Assembly: GCA_028534125.1 (NCBI GenBank)
Contig: CM052817.1
Location: forward strand, 5,520,001-5,584,000
Length of the DNA stretch: 64,000 nt
Direction: 5' to 3'
Source of the DNA: Lama glama
Lineage: Eukaryota
Shown: positions 12,361 through 26,315 of the stretch, one piece after another
Position numbering within the stretch: position 1 is the first letter of the stretch
How the letters are laid out: each line of letters opens with the position of its first letter
Translations under genes and position numbers: made by a program
The notes under the pieces: generated by a model
What the model saw: the letters and a program-made list of their open reading frames with translations, nothing else
Databases searched by the model: none
What the model was told of the DNA's origin: nothing

Positions 12361-13827
12361 CTGTAATGTAATTTGGAAATTCAATTAACAGCCTTTCTGA
12401 GTTACTGCAAATCTTTATAATTGCAAGTCACTGAGGGAGGAGATGAATTCTCCCTGTGTTACTTAGAATGTAATCAGGAGTGGCCTGATTTCATTTGAAA
12501 TGTACATTTTTAAAAATTACTTTTTTTCTCTTCTTTTTAAAGGAAAGTAGAAAATGATCCAAGTGTTTTGCTCTTAAAACACTTTCTCCTCCCTACTTTA
12601 ATTAGCCTTTCCCCTTCCGAGATGATCAACCCAACCCTCGGATATGGAAACCTATGTTCTTTCCTTTCCACCGCACTCGACAGGAGGGTAAAAGGTTGTG
12701 TTTGGGGGGAAGATGCTGCAATACAGACATGATTTGAAATGCACGGCTTACTTTTAATGGGAGTTCAGAAAGCTCACATTTAAAATGCCCTGCAAAACAA
12801 GACTTTCAGGGACCCCAAGTCAAGCAGCAGGGAGTTTCTGCTACAAGGCATCTCCAGGAAGCAGTACATGTGACCTGGGCACTAAACTTGGCCTTCAGGG
12901 TCCAGGGGGCTACGGCAGAAAGGGTGACATGTGAGGCTAGGCAGCTTTTACTTCTCTGTTTTATACCATCTGCAGAGACAACAGAACCAAGGGTGTTGTG
13001 CGTCCTCGCAGCGGACTGTGACCACAGCTGTCCCACTCCTGTCCCATCCCCTAACTCCTGAGTGCGAACTTATCAGACGCAGAGAATCTGTACTGTTTAT
13101 GTTTTTGTTCCCATCACAGCACTTAGCATACAGAAGGTGCCTAATAAATGTTGGCCGAATGAATGGTTAAATGAATAAAACACTACGTGACTGGTAGAAT
13201 CCTGGCTCTTCCCTGCTGTCCTACAATGACTGGCTATCAGGTGACCGAAGCTGTGGACTCTCGACAAGGATGCCCAATGAGGGGACAGGGGTCCACGATG
13301 CAGGGACCATCTCTCCAGACCGCTCTCCACCTCCAGAGTAAGTCAGGTCGATTCCCACTTTCCAAGTCTAAGCCCTCCCCAGCCCCCAGGCTTGGCCCAC
13401 CCTGCCTGTGGCAGAACTCACAGCCCTTTACAGGTCTGGGTGCACAGCTGGGGTGCCTCCTACCAACCCCTCCTGAAGGCCAGGCGTTCAGGCTGCAAGT
13501 CTCATTTCCCCTACCAGACAGTCACCTCTGGCACTCATCTATTTTAACAGATATTCTTGGAATGAATGGAAATTTTAGTATAAAATAATTTTGTTTCCTG
13601 TAAAATCCCATTTCCTAAGACTTGTGTCCTAGATTCTCATTCTTTTAATTAATATTTCCACTTCTTTGGGTTATTCTCATGTGCGTCACATGAAAAGCCA
13701 GAGGGTTTGGCTTTACTGTATTCCTTAATGAGGCAGCGAGCCCCCACGTGGCTCAGGGAACATGGACTTTCAAAGCCGCCGAGACGAGGGCTGCTCCTCG
13801 CGCGGGGTGAGCGAGGCCGGCACTGAC

Positions 13828-13901
13828 CTCTTCCCGCAGATCTCGCAGATGTACGGCTTCTCACCGGAATGCCGACGCAAGTGAGTTTGCAAGTTGCCCG
13901 C
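13828..13901 (-). CDS. ZBTB49: ZBTB49 exon 5 (74 nt)
   Basis: ttttgcag|; [25 protein letters not shown]; donor GAG|GTCAGT. Confidence 0.96.
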
Positions 13902-16811
13902 CTGCAAAAATGGAAAAGCAAAAACATGCCAACAATGAAAGTTTTTTTTTTCTTTTTTTTCAGGGCATACAAATTCAAAATGGAAACTGACAGATTTAGC
14001 CAGGTTCCAGTCCTACTTCAGAATGAAGACTCCTGATGCACAACTCAGAAGGAGCCACGTGCGAGGAGATGGAGGTCCAGCCCACTTCGGACTTAGGGAT
14101 CCCCCCCACCCCCAAGCAATCTGCTGAACAGGGGTGCGTCTCAGCTCTGCACTCCACGCCAGCCCCTGGCCTGGCCCATCTCAGGCACGTGGGGTGCCTT
14201 GTCCCTCTTAAATGTGCCTGACACACCGTGGGGACTTCTTTAGGGGTCGCTAAGCTTGTGTTTAAACAGCTCTTGATGTATTTTATTTTGTTTTTTTTTT
14301 TAACCTGGACCATCTATATGCAAACATCATTTGAAAAAAAGGTATCATTTGTACTTGGTTATTTCAGTATTCATTGTTTCTTCCTTAAAAACATGCTTTT
14401 GTTCATGAAGGTGAGACATTTCTAAAAACTATTTCCTCTGGCAGTATGGTTGTTCTGCCTGACAGCCTGGTCATTTTTACCTCTGTGCAAAAATGCAAAC
14501 CAGGAGATTCACAGACGTCCTGCAGCTGCAGGCCTTTTGTGTTCCTAATCTGTGAAACTAGCAGGGCTTTATGAAGGTTAACTGATTTAAATGAAGATCA
14601 GAGAATAGATTTCCATGTACTAATTGATAGGAAATCAATGAAATTGCTTAAGGTACAGTGAAATTAAAACTGCAAATGCCTCAGATATTAAAAACGCTAC
14701 TGGCAAATGTGTTAAATTAGGATTTGGAAACAAAATCTTCCATAGCTGTAATTTAAATTAATAGTCTCAAACTGTCATGTCCCATACTTAATTCTGTTAC
14801 AAAAACCCCACACTGAATAGGATGAATATACTCAAGGGCAATAATGTGCAGGCAGCACACCCAAAATAAGCCAAAAGGCCAGCATGAACAGTAATACCCG
14901 ACTCACAAACGTGGCTTTGTAAATTTGCAAACTATATTTTAAAGAGGATGCAAAGATAGTTCGTGGCTGTAGGTCTGAAGATGGGTTTGATGTCCACCTG
15001 TGGCCAGTATAAAGGATGCTGCCTGTGGAGTTTATGTAACTTGGAAGGTTCTTTACGTCTACCAGACCGAGGCACACTAACTTAGATACTACATTTCAGA
15101 ATATGATAAATACAGCTTTTAAAAAAGTGGTTTATTTTAGACAACCAAAGAGAAAGAATCTGGCAAAACACTGGCAAATATCCAGCTTTTAACTGAATGA
15201 CTATTAGTAACAATAATAAAACAGCAAAAGTCAACAGCAATAGACATTTGGTCTACTCAGGCTTTTAACTACATAGCCAACTTGCCCTCAGAAATTAGTA
15301 GTATTATCCCTGTTTTCCAGATGTAAAACTGAGATTCAGATAAATAAACTGGTTGCCCTAAGTTACATGCATAGAAATTAATACTGGTTTGTCTGATTTA
15401 AACTCTTGTCTTACATGAAGGGCGTACACGTTTCTGTGAAAAAACTAGCTTGTGTTGAATTCTCAGCACGACAGTCACTCTGCCACTCAGGAAGCAGCTC
15501 GCGGCAGTTAATATACGGCACCGCTGACTGCTTTAAAACAGTCACTTACAAATTTCAGAAAAGCTCAGCAATTTGAATAGCACCATCTGCTCAGCTGTTA
15601 AATTGGATCCCTCTTGTTTCAAGTTATCTCGTGAACTATGTATTATGATTGAAATGCGTTCTGATTAGATTCTCAGCAATGTTGCAGTTTTCCTTTTTAA
15701 ATAAAGCACAACAATGAATTGTTTGTAAATTTAACTGAACGGTCGTCCACTTAATAGTATAGTAAGCAATTGTAAAACAAACTTTAAAATGTTTCTTTAG
15801 CTATTTAGTGTAGGAAATGTGCAATGAAAATAATGATCGTTCCCCCAGATTAAGGAGCACATAGTCTGATAAATGGTACAGAACAGATTAAGTAAGTACA
15901 TGATTTAGGGAAGTCCAATAATATATTCAGACAACTTACACCAAATTACATTGTGAACTAGGGCTCAGATTACGTGCTCTTTGGTCAAGCGTCTTTATTT
16001 TCGGTAAACTTTGCTATGCTTCATTGCTAATTATATCCTAAGTACACAGACTAGAAAGTACACAGTCTTAGAAATGATCTACCGCTGGGTCCAAGAGGAC
16101 TCCAGCACTGGTGACAGCAGGAGATCTCATTTATGAAGAGCCCACTCTGAATGAAGCCCTCTGCTAAGCACTTGCGAACAGTGCTCCGGTCATCGCAATG
16201 TCCTCATAAAGTCTACCTCACACGGTACAGGAAGCAGACAGAGGCGCTGGGCGGGAGTCGGCCTCAGCCCCGACAGCAGGGGGTAATACTCTGCCCCTGC
16301 TTTGTCTGCAGACTCCAAGCTTGTGCGGCTGTCGGGCAGCAGCGAGGTACCAGCAGTAAAGGAAGTTCTACTCCCTTTAAGTCAATACCATTTTAAATCA
16401 GGATGGAGTCGTCAGAATTCTGGACTGAAAAACTCTGTCGCAGAAAAGAAATTAACACCTGATTTAATGAGTAATTAAAAAAACAAACCCCCTCAGATAG
16501 GTACCTGAACATCAGTATTTAAACACGATCAAACCAAGGATAAATTCTCTCTCAGAATATTCTTCTAATGTTTCTATAAGAAAACAGGGAATCATAAAAC
16601 TTTAGAGATAAATGGGAACTCAGATCTTAAAAGTCATTTGTGTTCTAAGTGTTTAAAACAGAAAAAAAAAATCTAGAGATTAACACAGAGATGTCACCTA
16701 AAAAACTGACCATTACATTGATAAAAAGACATTTGACAGTGTGGGAAATTATCAGCTCAGAGTTGAAAACTTAATAACTTCAGAAAGTTCATGAAAATAT
16801 TCTTATTCAGT

Positions 16812-16901
16812 GGCGGGAGGGTAACAGCTCAGCGGTAGAGCACATGCTTAGCATGCACGACGTCCTGGGTTCTATCCCTGGTACCTCCATTAAAAAAAAA
16901 A
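16812..16901 (+). mobile_element. tRNA-derived SINE (camelid vic-1-like)
   Basis: A-box agctcagcggtagagc, body cacatgcttagcatgcacga, B-box gggttctatccc, A-rich tail; shared with other copies in the window. Confidence 0.85.
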
Positions 16902-19900
16902 GTTCTGCTGAGTAGTCAAATGATCATTTACTCTAATCTCCCTGCTTCCCTTTAAAAAAAAAATCTTATTTTTTGCATTTTCACCATGGATGGGGTGAAA
17001 CTTTGTCACCCTGGCATCAGGCCACATCAGCACCCTGGAACCACGCGTCCCGGTGGCCCCTGCAGGATGCTGCATCCTGCCCACCACGCCCTGAACACAG
17101 GAGCTGCTGGGAGGGCACTGAGCCTCTCAGAACTCATCCTTCTGCAGCAGCTGCTCAGTGCTCCTATTTCTGCCTCCTTGGAGAGACAAAATAACTCCAT
17201 TCCTCTCCCCAAAGACAGCTAAATATGCTGAGTTTCCCTTTTCCTGTTTCTCACGTGACAGGCACTCCAGATCTGTCACTCATCTTATTTTGTCCTCTGG
17301 ATGCCCAGGTTCTACTCCACACGGGAGACACATGGCTCCAAATGGATCCTCATTCATACTCTGAAGTACGGCAGGACTCTTCCTTCCTGCGATCCAGGCA
17401 GGTGCAGAGCCCAGGATTATGCTAACACACGTATGTTCCGTTGTCACAACCTGAACTTGGTGTACCTTTCTCATGTATCAACTGCTTGCTGACTTAGCAT
17501 TAAGGTTGTGGCTACATTTTTTTTTAAAGACTAACCCTATTGAATACTAAATTGAATAAACAGCATAAAAGATTAATTCTCTTTGGTAGCTGTTTTCTAA
17601 CTTGGAATCTTCCAGAAGGGAAAATACAAGCTCACTTCTACCAAAGCAAACAGTCTGGCAGCTACATGGGACACCCCAGTCATTGTACCACATGTATTCC
17701 AGTTCATATGAGAAACGGATGCTGGCTTGGGCCGAAGGGCGGCTTACACAGTATCCCTGTGTAAACACCACCGCTGCTCCCTCTGCCTGGAATACCAGGG
17801 GCTTCCAGTCTCCTCAGGTGCCCTCCTGTCTTCATGGCTCCCCTAAGCAGTCACTTGACACATGCCAGGTACCCACCCACCCAAATACCACAGCTTTCAG
17901 GGAGAAAGGACTCCTCTCCTCTTTGCCCGCATTATTCCCTGTACATCTTTCTGCCATGGCATTTCCAACATTTCACTGCACTTTCTCACTTCACACAGCT
18001 GCTTCTTCCTCTAAACAAAGATAAGCTCCTGGAAGCCTTATTCATCTTTGTGCCCCGCACAGGGCAGAGCTCCCTGGACACTGTAGACTTGCAATAGATA
18101 CGTGTTGAATGAAGTTTTTTAAGAGTCCTTATTCACAGAAATGTCATCATTTCACTATGAAAGAAAACAGCACTGAAAATCATATATACGTAATCACATG
18201 TACTATACATAACTCTACATTCATAAAAATCTGATCAAAATACAGACACGCGCATGGAGGAAGAGGACTTCTGTAGTGCCTTTCAGACAGGGCGGCCCTT
18301 GGCAGGACCCACAGCGGAAAGTGTAGGACCCAGTCTGAAGCAGTGGGCAGGCTGCCCTCAGAATCACTGTGTTAGAGGGAACCAACGTTCCGGCCTGCTT
18401 ATGCCCTAACCCTTAGTGTCCACTCTCAGCAAAACAGCCAGTCAGCCTGGGAAAACTTAAGTTAGACCACGTTACTCCTCTGCCTAAAACCATCTAGTAG
18501 CTCTCCATTCCTCTCCAAAGGGAAACTCAAAGCCTTTATAATAGCCTAGAGGATGCTACATGACCTGGTCCCCATCACCTCAATGTCGTCTTCTCTAACT
18601 AGTGTTCCTAACTGCGCTATCCCCACCGCCTACTTGACAGATAGCAGGCATTCAATAAATGTTTACTGGACATGCTCTTGACCCAGCTCTCACCACAATC
18701 CTGCCCTACTTTCCAAGCTGTGTCTGCGTACCTACCAAACCTCAGAAAAGCCTGCCCACAGTTCTCAGCCAGGTGACACCCAACTTGCTCTTCTAAGGAT
18801 ATTGCCAACGTCACCCTATTTGTTGTAACTCCAATATCAAGTAGGAGCAGAATTAATATATATTGTTCAAGGAGTAAAAACTTGGAAGTGTATATACAAG
18901 AAAACAGACTGAAAATTCATCTGAAATTTTGATGCAAATTAGATCAACTTCCTAGACCTCCACCCCTTCAAATCAGAGAAGCTGATCCCGTCAGATGTGA
19001 AAAGTATTCACAACAGAGTGATAACTCTGACTTTATGGATTTAATTGTTTGAGCTTCTATAAGCTCAGTATATATTATATAAACATATACATTACACACG
19101 TCATATAAATATATATCACATACATATATATTTAAAAAACTTTGGACTTCTAAATGTATGTTCTATTTCTACCCTTTCCTATTTGATATTGCCTCTCTAG
19201 TTAAAACAACATTTTAAAAATTAAAAAAAATTTTTCAAAAGTATCAACACTTAAGCCCCATCCCAAACCAAGAGAGTCAGAATCTCCGGGAGTGAGCCCC
19301 GGCATCAACGCCAGGAGAGAGGGCTGAAGGCAGGCTCAGGGTGCCTGGGTGTCTGGTTTTACTTCATTTGGTCACAGAAGGGTTCCAAGCAAGAAAAGAA
19401 CAGAACCAACATTGTTATCAGAATTTAAATGTATAAAGGACTTTCATGTCCATTTTTTCATTTAATCCTAACATTCCCATGAGGTGGTATTACCCCTATT
19501 TTAAGGATTAGAAAGATGAGGCCCAGAGAAGTTGTGACTGCTAATTATTAGTGGTCATTAGTCCAGGTTTTACGCTTTCCCACCACACCGAAGCTGGTAA
19601 GATGAAAATGGTGGTGGTTTGGGGAAGGGGTTGCCTTAGGAAGACTGGTCTGCAAACGCAGAGGGGGACAGAAGACAAGAGAGGAAGGAGGCGACGGCAA
19701 CAGGAGAAGGACCAATAATGTCTCCTGAGCACTCGCTCCGATTCTAAGGACTTCATCCTATCAACTCAGTTACTCCTCACAATTTACAGCCTAGGAAACG
19801 CAGGGACAAAAGCCAGGGTAGCTTGCCCAAGGTCAGAGCAGTAGACCAGAGGCTGGATTCAAATCCTGACTGTCTGGCCCTCGAGCCCGAGCTCTGACCC

Positions 19901-21035
19901 ACAGGTGGGGCAGGTATGAAGCAGCACAGGTCCCAGCAAGAGGGGCAGATGAGCGATGGCTGCTCCACTCAGTTCAGCAGAAGCTTACTGAACACTCAGT
20001 GGGTGCACGGCCCCCGCTCGGATGAATAATGCAGAGGGACACGTGAGGACACGGTGAATCACTGCACGAGGGGAGCAGGAAGAGGGGACAGTAATTAGAT
20101 TGCAGGTCGTGGCATGCGGGCAATGGTGAAGGGGAAACTGGAGGAGCCGTGTCCAGAGCGGGCGCTCCCTTACTGTGTCTGTGCCCCACAGGGTCGGCCC
20201 GGCCAACTCCCACCAGACTGGAGGGCTCGCGTCCTCCAAGGTCCAGCCCAGAAGTCCCCTCCCCAGTGCAAAAGCCCTTGCACACGCTGTTACTACAAGA
20301 TTCTCACATGTGTGTAAAAACAGATGTAGGTGACCGCTTCCTCTGCAGGGCTGTGCATGGGCCCCTGAGAGCAGCTTCTGCAATGCCAGTGCCCAGCCCA
20401 AGCAGAGGACCCGTTATCTTCTATTTCAGAAGTAGGTTCCCACAGCCATTCTACCACGTTCAGCATTTCCTCTAAAGCACTACATCTCTAGGGCTCTCTC
20501 TGTCTAGTGCCCAGATCAGTACACAGCCTGTGGGAGGACACGACGCATGCTGGCTGGGCGAGAGGGCACACATGCAAAGGGTCGTGACTGAGGTCAGCTG
20601 ACAGGGAGTGCAGGCAGGGCATGAAAAGTGTTTGGTCTTTTATCCAACATCCTAACACCTACAGTGTCAGGAAGAATCAGGACATTCTTGGATCCAGCCC
20701 AGCACAATCTGCAGCCCCAGGTGGCGCTCCATATGGTTTACTGGGAACATCATTCCCGCAGGAAGAGAAATATACTAGAACTTGGGCCCATCCTTGATGA
20801 ACGGGGAGGTACCGTGAGAGTTCACATGCTTATAAAAAATGGTATTTTCCCCTCATCAGCTAGAAATTTGTTTTCTTGAAAATTATTTTCTCCTGATTTA
20901 CTCTGAAGTCTGTTAAAAGTTACAGATCTTGTCAGAAGCTTTTCTCACAAGTCCAAAAGTATGGCTTATCTGTAATTAAAATAAACAATGGGTTTCAGGT
21001 TTCCAACGATTAACAATAAATAAAAGTATTCCCAC

Positions 21036-21082
21036 CTGAGAGAAATGTTTCCCACACATGTTACATTCAAAAGGTTTCTCAC
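21036..21082 (-). CDS. ZBTB49: ZBTB49 exon 4 (47 nt), first half of zinc finger 2
   Basis: tgttttag|GTGAGAAACC...; GEKPFECNMCGKHFSQ; donor CAG|GTGGGA. Confidence 0.95.
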
Positions 21083-21990
21083 CTAAAACAAAACAAAACA
21101 ACAACTTGTAAAATCATTAGCAATCTTTGCACAATCATCTTCTGTTTAACAAGTTTAGACCTGCCTCCTGGGTCCTGGCTGTCAAAGCAGAGCACTACCC
21201 ACGTTACTGAAAGGCTATGAAAACAGGAGCCTCTGCACCCTGGTAGTCCTCTCTCTCGCCCTTGGAAGAGAAGAGTGAGATCCATATTCACTCTTCTCTA
21301 AAAACTTCACCTGTCCTCCAATATAAACCGGTGTTGAAATCAAATGAATTTATCTGCATTCAAACCATACTTAGGTTTGGACATAGCCTTTGCCTTCATT
21401 TGAAAATGAAACCTGAGTTTTCTTGCTGAACAGCAGGAACCTAGTCCCCTGTCCTTTAGTCTGACTCCTCCGATTGCCACCGATTTCGAACTGAGCCAAG
21501 TGACTCCTTCCTACAACACGAGGTATGAACCTGGGGCAGCCCGAAACAGAGCGGGACCTCCTGAAAGAGTGACGGGGAAAAGCCTCTCTACCGCCTCTCA
21601 GCCTTGGCGGAAACGCGCTAAGGGGGAAACATGATCCCAGCGTGGGATGCGCTCCCTCGCCGGCTGCTTAGCCCCCTCTGATTTGAGGAACTCTGAAGAA
21701 TTACACTGTAATAGACGTAGAGAAGGGAGCTCTGCTACAAAGAAGCCATGGCAGTTCTGAATAGTCTCTAGAAGATGATCTGTTTAAAAGCACACTTCAG
21801 GTATCGCCTTTAACCTACGGAACCCTAATAAATAAGACCGCAAGGACCAAAAACCTTCCATTGTCCCCATCCTCCTCCAATCTCGTGGTTTCATTAAGAT
21901 CCTTTTCAAAAAATAATAAGACTGTGTCCCTTCCTACTGTATCGCCGGGGTTTGCTAGCTTTCTGGGCTGCCACCAGGGTGTTTTTATTT

Positions 21991-22061
21991 TTATTTATTT
22001 TTATTTTATTTTTTAACATTTTTTATTGATTTATAATCATTTTACAATGTTGTGTCAAATT
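21991..22061 (-). mobile_element. Extremely 5'-truncated young L1 tail with TSD
   Basis: Similar to the reverse complement of the L1 end at about 26270-26312; TSD agggt(g/a)tttttattt at 21976-21990 and 22062-22076. Confidence 0.75.
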
Positions 22062-22141
22062 AGGGTATTTTTATTTTGATCTTTTCCTGAAACTGTTTAA
22101 TGGCTTCCTCAAGGGTGACGGGGGGCTTCCGACCCCGAGTA

Positions 22142-22348
22142 CAGATGATCCTTGAACGACAGGGTTTGAACTGCGTGGGTTCACTTAAATGCAGACTCCC
22201 TTCCATAGTAAAGCTACAACAGTACTACCCAGGCTGAGGCTGGCCGAACCCACCATGTGGAAGAACTGGTGTACAACCGACCGTCAGTTACACTAAGATT
22301 CTGACTGCTTAGGGGGTCAGGGCCCCTAAGCCCTACAAGGGTCAACTG
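22142..22348. mobile_element. TcMar-Tigger MITE (Tigger2/MER8-like)
   Basis: TIRs CAGATGATCCTTG and CAAGGGTCAACTG, flanked by TA on both sides. Confidence 0.8.
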
Positions 22349-22502
22349 TAATTATAATCATATTGATTCTGTATTTCGGACTACACTTATGTCTGAAATT
22401 ATGGCGATAACAGATTATGTTATGTTAAAGTCATCATCATGAGGAGAGTCTGAAGAAAGAGGTCACTAGTTATTAAGACTCTCAAGTGGCCAGGGTTAAT
22501 AA

Positions 22503-22826
22503 CCCTGCTCTCAAACGTTTTGCTCTCAGGACCCCTTTACACTCAACAATTGAGGGTCCTAAAGAGCTTTTGTTCATGCGGGCTATCTCTGTTGGTACAG
22601 GCCATGTTAGAAATCAAGACTGAGTGATCTTTGACATATAAGTATACATTTTTCATTGCCCACCAGAGTGACAGTCTCATCACACACCCTGCAGCCTTTA
22701 GCTGACTCCACTGCACACTCGTGGGAGAAGGAAAAGGCCAACTAACACCCTACACTATGATACAAATAGCTTTGGCCTCCCTGAGCCCCTAAAAGGGTTC
22801 CCCAGACCAGACTTTGAGAACTGCTG
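22503..22826. mobile_element. hAT-Charlie-type non-autonomous DNA transposon
   Basis: Ends ...ctctcaaac and ctttgagaactgctg; internal ctcaggacccctttacact...aaagagcttttgtt motif. Confidence 0.6.
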
Positions 22827-24020
22827 CCCTTCTCAGTGTATTTACATCCCAGGAGCATCTGTGCCACATAGCTGTACCATGACTATTACCCAAAGATGTG
22901 CTTGCAGAATAAACAGTTTCTGTTTCCTTTAAAGCTAAACCAATAAGTTTCTCAAATAAAAATGACAGTGATCGTTAGGTTCCAGGAAATTTAAGAAAAC
23001 ACAATGACCTAAATTAAATTTTTTCAGGGAAAAACTGAGTTAATACTAGTTAATAATGATAGTAGTACTTCATATTCAAATACACAGATTTATAAAGAGA
23101 TTTCATAAATATTAATTCAGTCTCTTAACACAATGAAGTAGTAAACACCTAAGCAAACGGGGAGTCAGAAGTGCTGACAGACCGTCACGTTAATAACCAC
23201 AATTCCAAGAGCACCTGGAGAGAGGTTATTTTAGAAGCATTCTATAACATACTGCTTCTCAAGCCCATAAAGTAACTGCCATTAATTTATAGTGTGTATT
23301 AGAGTCATCACGTTTCAGTGCAGGAAGGAAAGTAATATACATATATCATATCATGTAATGTATGTTTGTATAACACTTTTTAAAAAGCTTTTGGAAAAAA
23401 TAAAGTTTTTGGGAAAGGGAGGAGACACAAATCAATGTAGTAAAACTGAAAATTCAATGTTCAAATGGAAGAATTTTCATTCGAAAATATCAAATGGCTA
23501 AAGCTGATCCATATTAAAAAGTTCACCTCCTGCCTCCCAAATCACAACTTAAAAAATTTGATACTCATATTACTTTCCAGAAAACTTTCAGAATTACTCA
23601 AACTAAGTTACTTTAGTCTGAATGAACCTACATTATGCTTTAAAAAAAAACTAATTCTAAACAGCAAACTAATATTGCTTCTCTGTTTTATAATTAATTT
23701 GAAAATTTAAGTGCATCAGAATAACTCACCAAACTTTAGAGATGGAAAGTTTATCACATAAAACTGTCATCAAAATGAAAAGTGTACCATCTTTTGAAAC
23801 TGGTTCCATGAAAGCATTTATAGAACTTCAGATTATTCTTTAAGAGGCATCACCAAAAATATAAAGCAAAAAATAGTTAACACTCTTTGACTTTTTGGGT
23901 AACTACCAATGACGTCATCAAGCAACAGCAAAACTTCTTACGAGAACAGGAGCAGGCAGTGGTGTCTGACCGTCTGCATTATTTCCTTTCCTTTTGCCTG
24001 CAGGGACTGAATCAGTGTAC

Positions 24021-25123
24021 CTGTATGAGACCGTTTGTGAAGCTCCAAATTGCTTGGGTGTTTAAAAGGTTTTCCACACAATTCACACGCGTACTGTCTC
24101 TGTGACTGAAGCGTCTGGGACTGGTCTTCCAGGGCTGCAGGGTCCTCCGGCCTCTCCATTTCATTCCCACAATTAAAACTCTCAGAACTGATGAGTTCTT
24201 CTCTTTCCTTTTCTTCAGCACTTTGGCTGTCCACTTTTTCTCTACTGTCTTCGTTAGCAGATTCTGTCCTCTTTGTTAAACTGTCATCTGATTTGGGTTC
24301 AGATGTTGGCTCTGCAGATTTCTGCGACTTTAGGAAATTGAGCTTCCTAAGGTGAATGGCCTTTTTGAGCCTCATCTGTCTGGTGGGTTGTTGGCATGCG
24401 TTGTCTGACTTGGGGTCCGGGGCAGAGTCACTCAAAGGCGGGGCCAGGAAGTTGGAAGGCAAGTGCTCCGAGGACTCCAGGACGCACTCGGAATGACTGA
24501 CAGCACAGGGCTGGTGTTCCGCGCCATGAAGCTCTGGGGATGCGCTGAAGGGGAAAGGCTGCTCGATGACCCTCTCGTGACTGGGACAAGAGGCCTGCTT
24601 ATAGTACTGCTTACTGTAAAAGTTTCTGAGTTTGTAGTAATAGTTTGGCTGTTTGAAAGACAGTTCTGGGCAGCTGCCATCCAGTGTCTCAGGGGCTTGT
24701 TTGGATGTTTCAGTTGTGGAATGATGAAGACTAAGTGACGATGGAGCGTGAGAATGTGATTCCTCCAAAGCTTTACTCTGCTGAGCACCTGCTGAACACT
24801 CCTGCGGCAAATGAGGCGGGTAGTTTTCACTGATAACACAATTAGTGTCGGGAGCCAAAGTGCCCTGCAGGGAGAATGTGCTGTTACAAGGCAGGCCAGG
24901 TGGCTGGTCTACAGTGGCTGACTTTAAAAATGTGTGACACAGATGCAGAACGTTTTGAACCTGCAAACACTGTGCTATGTCCAGCATTCCTTGTATGTTG
25001 TCCTGGTTAAGATCGAGACGAGATGTGTACATGAAGTCCAGGATCTGCCCAATGCCACTGACATTTTTAATATCCAGGTGAAAAACATCATTCTTCTGGC
25101 CTGAAGAATTCTGAAAGAGGCTC
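24021..25123 (-). CDS. ZBTB49: ZBTB49 exon 3: rest of BTB, linker and zinc finger 1
   Basis: Acceptor ttatcag|; SLFQNSSGQKNDVFHLD...YACELCGKPFKHPSNLELHKRSHT; donor CAG|GTACAC; 1103 nt, phases match the neighbouring exons. Confidence 0.97.
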
Positions 25124-25562
25124 CTGATAAAAGAAAGGATATGTGCTTACAGTGCTAACAAGGAATACATTCTGATAGCTTTTTCTTACGAATAATATTC
25201 ATGTTAACATTTATAATTACTATGCTTTTATAAATGCCAGGATTTTAAAATTAAGTCTGCTTTCATCCTTTGGAAAATTTTGGTAAGACATCCAATAAAG
25301 CAATCCAGATGAATTAAATTAGCATGTTGAATATCCAAACTTCCAAGTAAATCTCAAAGTAAAATTCTGAAACATATTCATTGCTCTTTTTTTTAAAATG
25401 TAGTTATCCATGTATATTATTAATTGCATACAGATAAGAATATAGAAAACTAAAGAATACACATTTTTTAATATTTCATGTTTAGTCTGACAAGTTATAG
25501 ATCTCAGGCCATAAAACACATGCAACAACATTTCCATATCTAAGTATCTTAAAAACATCTGA

Positions 25563-26315
25563 AAAGGATGGACCTAGAGATGATCATTTTAAGTGAAGTA
25601 AGTCAGACACAGAAAGACAAATATCATATGATATCACTTATATATGAAATATAAAAAAATTATACAAATCTTATTTATAAACCGAAAATAGACTTATAGA
25701 CATAGAAAACAAACTATGGTTACTAAAGGGGAAAGGGCGAGGGAAGATTAAATTAGGAGTTGGGATTAACAAACACACATTACTATGTATAAAATAGATA
25801 AAATCAAGGACCTACTGTATAGCACAGGGAACTACATTTAATTTCTTACAACATATAAGGGAAAAAATATGAAAAAATATATGTATGTATATGTATAACT
25901 GAATCACCTTGCTGTACACCTAAAATTAACATTGTACATCAACTACACTTCAACAAAAAACAAAATTTTAAAAAGTCTGGGGAAAAAAAGAAGAGAAAAA
26001 GACAGATGAACATAAATATAAAACAGAAACAGATTCATAGACATAGAATACAAACATGTGGTTGCCAAGGAGGAAGGGGGTGGGAAGGGACAGATTGGGA
26101 GTTTGAAATTTGTAAATACTGACAGGTATATATAGAATAGATAAACAAGATTATACTGTATAGCAACAGGGAAATATATACAAGATCTTGTGGTAGCTCA
26201 TGGTGAAAAAGAATGTGACAATGAAAATATTTATGTTCGTGTATAACTGAAAAATTGTGCTCTACACTGGAAATTGACAACATTGTAAACCGACTATGAC
26301 TCAATAAAAATTTTT
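25563..26315 (+). mobile_element. Two adjacent L1 3'-UTR fragments
   Basis: atggacctagagatgatcattttaagtgaagtaagtcagac... ending in an A-rich tail near 25975; a second fragment at about 26010-26315 ends in ctcaataaaaa. Confidence 0.85.
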
